Below are positions 26,730-32,000 of a stretch of 32,000 nucleotides of DNA, in pieces (the first letter of the stretch is position 1; each line of letters starts with the position of its first letter). The notes beneath the pieces are model-generated. The model saw nothing but the letters and a program-made list of their open reading frames with translations. It did not search any database and was not told where the DNA came from. A program made the translations under genes and the position numbers. The stretch comes from Candidatus Saccharimonadota bacterium (GTDB taxonomy: Bacteria > Patescibacteriota > Saccharimonadia > Saccharimonadales > UBA4665). The DNA lies in assembly GCA_963718045.1 (NCBI GenBank), contig OY970350.1:1-32000 (forward strand), given 5' to 3'.

Positions 26730-27080
26730 TTAGGGATCTATAAGGCCAGCTTTTTTAAGCAGCTGGTCAAAAAGTTCATCCAGCTCAACCGCTTTCATGA
26801 CAGCCAGATCATTACTGTGGACGCTTACTATCATATCGACATTTTGGTTGAGGCTTGGTTTTTTAAGCCTGGCAAGCCCATACACCCGCCGTCTTATCCT
26901 GTTCCTAACAACAGCAGATTTATCCGCCTTACGCGTAACAACGACACTTACCCTATAGGGTTTGTCTGGTTTTATCGGTAAATATTTAATACTAACCTGG
27001 TTAAAAGAAACAGTCTGGCCTTTTCTATAGACCGTACTTAAACTGTTGTGACCATGAAAGCGGTTAATTTTCGGAATCAT
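26730..27080 (-). CDS. rnpA: Ribonuclease P protein component
   Basis: 116 aa, basic, with the RNR motif (AVVRNRIRRRVY). AGGAG (27091-27095) lies upstream. Immediately downstream of rpmH. Confidence 0.9.
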   Translation of the reverse strand: MIPKINRFHGHNSLSTVYRKGQTVSFNQVSIKYLPIKPDKPYRVSVVVTRKADKSAVVRNRIRRRVYGLARLKKPSLNQNVDMIVSVHSNDLAVMKAVELDELFDQLLKKAGLIDP

Positions 27081-27112
27081 TGGCCGTGGGCTCCTAGGAC
27101 CTTAGGCTTTAA

Positions 27113-27250
27113 CTAAGCAGATAAACGGCTTCGGCCCTTAGCCCGGCGACGGGCTAAGACATTACGGCCGGCCTTGCTGGCCATTCGTTTCATAAAGCCA
27201 TGCTGACGGCTTCGGTGCCGCTTCTTTGGTTGATAAGTTCTTTTAGGCAT
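27113..27250 (-). CDS. rpmH: 50S ribosomal protein L34
   Basis: Not in the ORF track (45 aa). Manual minus-strand translation from ATG at 27250 to TAG at 27113-27115 gives [45 protein letters not shown], the canonical L34 sequence. Confidence 0.95.
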   Translation of the reverse strand: MPKRTYQPKKRHRSRQHGFMKRMASKAGRNVLARRRAKGRSRLSA

Positions 27251-27519
27251 AGGTCTATTGTACCCTAGAAATACCAAGAGCTATTAGTAAATTAATTTGT
27301 TCCTTAAAAAGTGAATTTAACAATATTTATTGTACTAAACGGGTTTAGTTATCCACGTACCTACAGCGTCTGTCCACACAATTCTAGATATGAAAGGCCG
27401 ATGTGTACAAGTCAACCCTGAACCACGTGCGATTTATTACAGAACAGAATGTACTTGCCAGGGGGGTGTGGAAAAGTTCTATAATATAGGCTATATTGTA
27501 GAGAGAAAAAGGGTAATAC
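27251..27519. promoter_or_regulatory. rpmH-dnaA spacer: candidate oriC segment / dnaA promoter with DnaA-box-like sites
   Basis: Matches to TTATCCACA: TTATCCACG 27349-27357 (1 mismatch); CTGTCCACA 27370-27378 (2); TGTGTACAA 27402-27410 (reverse orientation, 2); TGTGGAAAA 27467-27475 (reverse orientation, 1). AT-rich tract at 27281-27345. Putative dnaA promoter TTGCCA (27455-27460), 19-nt spacer, TATAAT (27480-27485). Confidence 0.6.
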
Positions 27520-28893
27520 ATGCAAAATGATAGCTTGTGGCAAGCTGTTTTAGGTGAAATTGAACTTTCCGTTTCCAGGGGAAATTTCCTGACCTGGTTT
27601 AAAAACACAGAGTTGGTTAAATCTGATGAAACTACTGCTGTTATCGGTGTACCCAATATCTTTATTAAGCAGCAGCTGGAGCGAAAATATAACTCTTTAA
27701 TATCCGAGGTTTTGATTAAAAACGGTATTAAACCAAAAAGTATTGAATATAAGATAAGCTCTATAGGCCCTCAGAAATCAACTTTTGATGACCCGACCAT
27801 GTTTGGCGAAGAGGCGGCCTTAGAGGATGAATTAATACATAAGGCTTCTGCCGGCAGCAGTCTAGCCCACTCTTATAGACAAGGCTTAAATGACCGCTAC
27901 ACTTTTGATAACTTCGTCGTTGGTGCCAGCAATGAGCTGGCCTTTGCTGCCTGCCAGGCAATAACCCAAAATCCCGGTAAGAAATATAACCCGCTCTTTT
28001 TGTACGGTGGGGTTGGCATTGGCAAGACTCACCTTATCCAGGCAGTTGGCAATGCTATGACAGCTTCAAAACCAGATCTTAGGATTCTATATATATCTAC
28101 TGAGCAGTTCTTACAGGAGTTCGTTGATGCCCTAAGATTTAGAAAAACTGCCGATTTTGCTGGTTACTACCGTTCAGCCGATGTTTTAATTGTCGATGAT
28201 ATCCAGTTTATTGCCGGTAAAGAAAAGATCCAGGAAGAGTTCTTCCATACCTTCAATGCGCTGTACCAGGCAAACAAGCAGATTATTATTAGCTCAGACA
28301 AACCACCGAAAGAGATACCAACCCTGGAAGAAAGACTAAGAAGCAGGTTCACCTGGGGAATGAGCATAGACATGCAGACTCCTGATTTTGAGACAAGATG
28401 CGCCATCATCCAATCTAAAGCCCAAGGGCATGATGTAACCCTAGCGCCTGAAGTAGTTGAGTATTTGTCTAATAATATACCGACAAATATTAGGGAGCTT
28501 GAAGGAGCCCTAAACCAGCTTCTTGCTTTTTGTGAGATGAGATCCCTAGAGCCATCATTGGCTGTCGCTACTAGTTTACTTGGCACAACCAAAACAAGAC
28601 CAAAACACTTAAGCGCCAAGCAAATTATTGAAAGAACTTCTAGACATTTCCAGATCCCTATCGAAGATATTATTGGTCCTAAAAGAGACAAAGACATTGT
28701 TGTGCCCCGGCAAATTGCCATGTATATGCTGCGCAGCGAACTTCACCTAAGCTTCCCTAAAATAGCCCGTGAATTAGGTAAGAAAGACCATACAACAGCT
28801 ATACATTCAGTCGAGAAAATAGAGAAGCAGTCACGGCTTGATCCTGGTCTTAGACAGACAATTGCCGACATAAAGGAGCGTCTTTATGCCTAA
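27520..28893 (+). CDS. dnaA: Chromosomal replication initiator protein DnaA
   Basis: N-terminal LWQAVLGEIELSVSRGNFLTWF, AAA+ Walker A GGVGIGKTHL, Walker B VLIVDDIQF, and C-terminal DNA-binding helix HTTAIHSVEKI. Confidence 0.97.
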   Translation: MQNDSLWQAVLGEIELSVSRGNFLTWFKNTELVKSDETTAVIGVPNIFIKQQLERKYNSLISEVLIKNGIKPKSIEYKISSIGPQKSTFDDPTMFGEEAALEDELIHKASAGSSLAHSYRQGLNDRYTFDNFVVGASNELAFAACQAITQNPGKKYNPLFLYGGVGIGKTHLIQAVGNAMTASKPDLRILYISTEQFLQEFVDALRFRKTADFAGYYRSADVLIVDDIQFIAGKEKIQEEFFHTFNALYQANKQIIISSDKPPKEIPTLEERLRSRFTWGMSIDMQTPDFETRCAIIQSKAQGHDVTLAPEVVEYLSNNIPTNIRELEGALNQLLAFCEMRSLEPSLAVATSLLGTTKTRPKHLSAKQIIERTSRHFQIPIEDIIGPKRDKDIVVPRQIAMYMLRSELHLSFPKIARELGKKDHTTAIHSVEKIEKQSRLDPGLRQTIADIKERLYA

Positions 28894-29140
28894 AAATATG
28901 TTTAAAGTCTGTGTAGATATAGTGCCTAACCTGTTCTTAATAACCGGTTTTTTAAACACAGACAATTCTATAACTAATTCTACGGGGGACAACTTGGCTG
29001 TTTGTACTAAGTTTTTAAACAATCAAATAACAGCTTTTGATCAACTAAATGAGTGGGATTTAAGGAGGGAAAGTTAGTTTTTTCCTACAAATCCACAATT
29101 ACTATAATAATAAAGACTAAACTAACTAAATATAATTATT
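28894..29140. promoter_or_regulatory. dnaA-dnaN spacer: possible second oriC segment / unwinding region
   Basis: 247-bp non-coding gap. It holds one box-like site with an intact core (AAATCCACA, 29089-29097) immediately followed by a very AT-rich 43 bp (29098-29140). A looser TTAAACACA-type site lies upstream. Confidence 0.35.
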
Positions 29141-30232
29141 ATGAAACTACAAGTTACACAAGAAAATTTTAACCGGGCTTTAGGTTCGGTTGCCCGTGTA
29201 GCCGATAACCGCGGAACTCTACCAATACTGGCAAATGTTTTAATAAAAGCCGCTAAAAACAGATTAAGTGTAGCTGCGACCAATTTAAATATTGGTATCA
29301 CTCACTATATCGGCGCAAAGATTGAAAAAGAAGGTGTTATTACTGTCCCAGCAGCCTTGCTGGCCAGTTTTGTAGCCAGCTTGCCGCCCGGCGTAATCCA
29401 CCTTGAACTAGAAGATAAAAAACTTAAACTAACCACAGACCAATACAACTCGACAATCAATGGCGTTTCCGCTGAAGATTTTCCTGTAATGCCAGCCATT
29501 GAAGATGGAGAAACAATAAAAGTTAATGCGCCGGAGCTAAAAAGAGGACTTCAGCAGGTGGTTTTCGCCGCCTCGTCTACCGACAGCAGACCTGTCTTAA
29601 GCGGTGTCTTCTTCAATTCTGAAGACGGCAAGCTTTTTATCGCCGCGACTGACAGCTCAAGATTGGCTGAGAAAACAATTGCCGCTAAGGTTCCGAATAT
29701 TGAACTTTTGGTACCGGCTTCAGCCATGAACGATCTTTTGAGAACGCTAGATGATAACGTTGAAACAGTAAAAATTGTTAAAGATGAGCAGCAGGCATTA
29801 TTCAGTTTTGGTGATGTCGAGCTGGTTACCAGGCTAATAGACAGCTCCTACCCCAATTACAAACCATTAATCCCAACGAAGGCTGAAAATTCAGCAACCC
29901 TTAAAAGAGCAGATCTATTAAACATTGTTAAGGTGTCCAGTCTTTTCGCTAGGGAAACAGCCGGGAGTATAACAATTGAACTTAGTGAAGAAAAACAAAA
30001 TGTCGAGATTAAATCTTTAGCCTCACAACTAGGTGAAAATGATGCCAAAGCGGCTGCTAAGGTAACTGGTGCCGGCAGCATAACCTTAAACTCCAGATTT
30101 TTAATTGACGGCATAAACGCCTTTAATGGTGAAAGTATTGTTTTCTCGTTTAATGGCAAGATAGAACCCGTGCTTCTAAAAGATCCAAGATCTAAAGATT
30201 ATGTTCATGTCATAATGCCTCTGAAGTCCTAA
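29141..30232 (+). CDS. dnaN: DNA polymerase III beta sliding clamp
   Basis: MKLQVTQENFNRALGSVARVADNRGTLPILANVLIKA, the canonical DnaN opening. 363 aa with a three-domain length. Located in dnaA-dnaN-recF synteny. Confidence 0.95.
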   Translation: MKLQVTQENFNRALGSVARVADNRGTLPILANVLIKAAKNRLSVAATNLNIGITHYIGAKIEKEGVITVPAALLASFVASLPPGVIHLELEDKKLKLTTDQYNSTINGVSAEDFPVMPAIEDGETIKVNAPELKRGLQQVVFAASSTDSRPVLSGVFFNSEDGKLFIAATDSSRLAEKTIAAKVPNIELLVPASAMNDLLRTLDDNVETVKIVKDEQQALFSFGDVELVTRLIDSSYPNYKPLIPTKAENSATLKRADLLNIVKVSSLFARETAGSITIELSEEKQNVEIKSLASQLGENDAKAAAKVTGAGSITLNSRFLIDGINAFNGESIVFSFNGKIEPVLLKDPRSKDYVHVIMPLKS

Positions 30233-30249
30233 AGTTCCCAAAAACAAAA

Positions 30250-31299
30250 ATGATCACTAGCCTAAAGGTTCAAAACTTCCGCTCCTATCTGAACAGCTTG
30301 TTTAACTTCAGCCCATCAGCCAATATTATTGTTGGGCCAAATACTGCCGGGAAAACTAATATTTTAGAAGCCATACTTTTCTCACGAACCGGCTCGTCTT
30401 ACCGGGCTAAAGATTTGGAGCTAATACGCTTTAAAAAGAGCTGGTTAAGGATTGAATGCGAAGATGATGGCAGTAAAAGGATAATTAAGGTCAGGAATGA
30501 CCAAAAACCCAACAAAACATATGAGATTAATGGCAAGCAATATAATAGACTGCCCATTAGTTTAAAACTGCCGGTAGTAATATTTGAACCCAACCACTTA
30601 CAGCTTCTTAGTGGCTCGCCTGAAAAGAGGCGCAACTACCTTGATTCTTTCCTGGCCCAGCTGGCAAGCGAATACCCTTCTCTTATTAGAAAGTATGCCC
30701 GCGCTCTCGCTCAGCGAAACTCCTTACTTAAAAGGCCGGTTGGTATAACAAATTCCCAATTATTCCCCTGGAATATTCGTTTGAGCCAATTGGCCGGGCA
30801 GGTAGTCCAGGCAAGAAACAACCTTATTGTTGAGATAAACAAGACCCTGCCGGATATATATATGGGTCTTTCTAAAGATAAGGTTAGACTTTTAATGACA
30901 TATAAAACACAGTTTGACCCTAGAATGTACGAGACTTCTTATTTGAAACAGCTGGAGAGTGATTTAGAGGACGACTTAAGAACCGGCTTTACGCTTCACG
31001 GCCCGCATCGTGATGATTTCACTGTTCTATATAATAATCATCCATCCACGAGCTATGCTTCGAGGGGTGAGCTTAGGACTGCTGTTTTGGCCCTAAAAAT
31101 AACTGAACTTAATAAGCTAGATAATATTAAAGGCACTAAACCAGTGATACTGCTAGATGATGTATATAGTGAACTCGATAGTGTTAGGAGAAAGTCGTTA
31201 ACCGGCTATTTGAAAGACAATCAATCCTTTATTACTACGACAGACGCTGACGTGGTCTTAAAAAATCTGGATATTAAAAGTAAAGTTATTGAACTGTAG
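30250..31299 (+). CDS. recF: DNA replication and repair protein RecF
   Basis: Walker A GPNTAGKTNILEAI, SMC-type signature SRGELRTAVLALK and Walker B VILLDDVYSELD. Confidence 0.92.
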   Translation: MITSLKVQNFRSYLNSLFNFSPSANIIVGPNTAGKTNILEAILFSRTGSSYRAKDLELIRFKKSWLRIECEDDGSKRIIKVRNDQKPNKTYEINGKQYNRLPISLKLPVVIFEPNHLQLLSGSPEKRRNYLDSFLAQLASEYPSLIRKYARALAQRNSLLKRPVGITNSQLFPWNIRLSQLAGQVVQARNNLIVEINKTLPDIYMGLSKDKVRLLMTYKTQFDPRMYETSYLKQLESDLEDDLRTGFTLHGPHRDDFTVLYNNHPSTSYASRGELRTAVLALKITELNKLDNIKGTKPVILLDDVYSELDSVRRKSLTGYLKDNQSFITTTDADVVLKNLDIKSKVIEL

Positions 31300-32000
31300 G
31301 CTGAGACGGCGGAGTACCAGCGGGGTTGATGTCTACTGTTTGTTCTACAGGCGACGCAGGACCAGCAGGTGTTACTGCTGGTCTTTCCCTGTCATAAAGG
31401 GATACTGGCGCTACATTCTGGCTGTTATCAACACCCGGGGTAGTAGTTATGAGGCTTGTTTCTGTCGGGCTGGCAACAACTTGGATATGGACATGGTTTT
31501 GGCCAGCAAAGAATAATCCCTGGCCGACCGGGAACTGGCTTAATCTCTTTTTCTCTTCGCTGGTTAACTTAAAAACATCAGACAGTACATCTACCGCTGA
31601 AGTAGACTGTTTAAGCAGAAACTGCATCGAAGCGTTAGCCACGACTGCCCTGCCCATTCTGGAACCCATAAAGTCTTCAACATCCTGGGTAACGGTCGTA
31701 ACTCCTAAATTATATTTTCTGGCTCTTTTAGCCAGACTATATAAGAAATTGGCTGAGTCCTCATACTTCATTAACTGCCAAGCTTCATCAATAATTAAGA
31801 TCCGGCGTTTTTGGTCTATCTTTGTCTTGTTCCAAATGTAATTTAAGACGATGTACATAGCGACAGGCCTTAGCTCATCTTCAAGATCGCGAATATTAAA
31901 TACTGCCATGGGGTTATTAATGTTTATATTTGACTGCTGGGAGAAAATACCGGAGAAGGTGCCGGTTGTATACTTTCTTAACCTTTGGGCTAACTGCGGA
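31286..32000 (-). CDS. VirB4/TraC-like type IV secretion ATPase, C-terminal part; 5' end lies beyond the window
   Basis: The minus-strand frame stays open from 31909 to base 32000 (…TFSGIFSQQSNININNPMAVFNIRDL…), so the listed ATG is internal. Walker B RRILIIDEAWQL, then YNLGVTTVTQDVEDF and ASMQFLLKQ typical of VirB4-family C-termini. A Pro/Thr-rich tail of roughly 50 aa follows. Overlaps the recF 3' end by 14 nt. Confidence 0.75.
   Translation of the reverse strand, partial: PQLAQRLRKYTTGTFSGIFSQQSNININNPMAVFNIRDLEDELRPVAMYIVLNYIWNKTKIDQKRRILIIDEAWQLMKYEDSANFLYSLAKRARKYNLGVTTVTQDVEDFMGSRMGRAVVANASMQFLLKQSTSAVDVLSDVFKLTSEEKKRLSQFPVGQGLFFAGQNHVHIQVVASPTETSLITTTPGVDNSQNVAPVSLYDRERPAVTPAGPASPVEQTVDINPAGTPPSQPTVQ

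Noticed and set aside
28167-28721. 184-aa minus-strand ORF inside dnaA. The same class includes 1871-2197(-), 20007-20363(+), 24280-24630(-), 26718-26981(+), 27384-27656(-), 29857-30159(-), 31449-31841(+) and other short antisense ORFs in the track.
   Set aside because: All are fully embedded antisense to genes with strong family motifs. They have no recognisable motifs and odd composition (Cys/Trp/Ser-rich), and they lack start context. They were treated as shadow ORFs.
29062-29068. Strong Shine-Dalgarno-like AAGGAGG in the dnaA-dnaN spacer
   Set aside because: No ATG, GTG or TTG lies within 4-12 nt downstream in any frame that opens an ORF. dnaN starts 72 nt further on. It is probably fortuitous or part of an origin element.
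28831-29077. Two overlapping 63-aa ORFs (28886-29077 plus strand, 28831-29022 minus strand) in the dnaA-dnaN spacer
   Set aside because: The plus ORF's ATG overlaps the dnaA stop without an SD. The products are low-complexity with no motifs. The region is better explained as origin or regulatory DNA.
29099-29131. Possible DnaA-trio array (TAA TAA TAA at 29105-29113) next to the ATCCACA box
   Set aside because: Only three consecutive trinucleotides fit. The surrounding triplets do not keep a conserved central A in one register, and there is no GC-rich clamp. The evidence is too weak to call.
1-32000. Alternative genetic code (UGA recoding as in some CPR lineages)
   Set aside because: TGA cleanly terminates several well-supported genes at expected lengths (sugar transferase 286-288, galE 4948-4950, GT-C-like 11387-11389, yidC). 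No conserved protein needs read-through.
31286-32000. Calling the VirB4-like gene a mobile element or ICE boundary
   Set aside because: Only a partial ATPase gene is visible. No integrase, repeats, tRNA or relaxase lies in the window. It was annotated as a CDS only.

Overview
Gene-dense, low-GC bacterial chromosome segment. Most gaps are under 100 bp and many starts and stops overlap. TGA is used as a stop (286-288, 4948-4950, 11387-11389), so the standard bacterial code applies. The window has two parts. (1) Bases 1-25264 form a roughly 25 kb cell-envelope glycan locus. It contains the end of an initiating sugar-phosphate transferase, a full GDP-mannose to GDP-D-rhamnose precursor set (PMM/PGM, ManC, Gmd, Rmd-like) plus GalE, and four GT4 glycosyltransferases, one with two domains. 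It also has a Wzm/Wzt ABC exporter whose ATPase carries a C-terminal extension, two FkbM methyltransferases (one fused to a coiled coil and an amphipathic tail), and a GtrA / SDR / FAD-oxidoreductase / 2x polytopic GT-C-like module. Embedded in it is a two-gene operon for a membrane-anchored Ig-like protein and a 753-aa secreted protein ending in three tandem bulb-type (mannose/rhamnose-binding) lectin domains. (2) Bases 25261-31299 are the replication-origin core, jag-yidC-rnpA-rpmH on the minus strand and dnaA-dnaN-recF on the plus strand, with DnaA-box-like sites in both dnaA-flanking spacers. A convergent, overlapping VirB4-like ATPase gene then runs off the window. The reduced origin synteny, Gram-positive-type YidC and gene content suggest a Patescibacteria/CPR (Saccharibacteria-like) or similarly reduced monoderm genome; this is inference only. 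The most interesting candidates are the lectin-armed secreted protein inside a D-rhamnose/mannose glycan locus, the terminator-coupled ABC export logic (WbdD/Wzt-CBM-like) in this lineage, and the GtrA-SDR-FAD-GT-C module. All functional calls rest on motif recognition by eye; no searches or computations were run.
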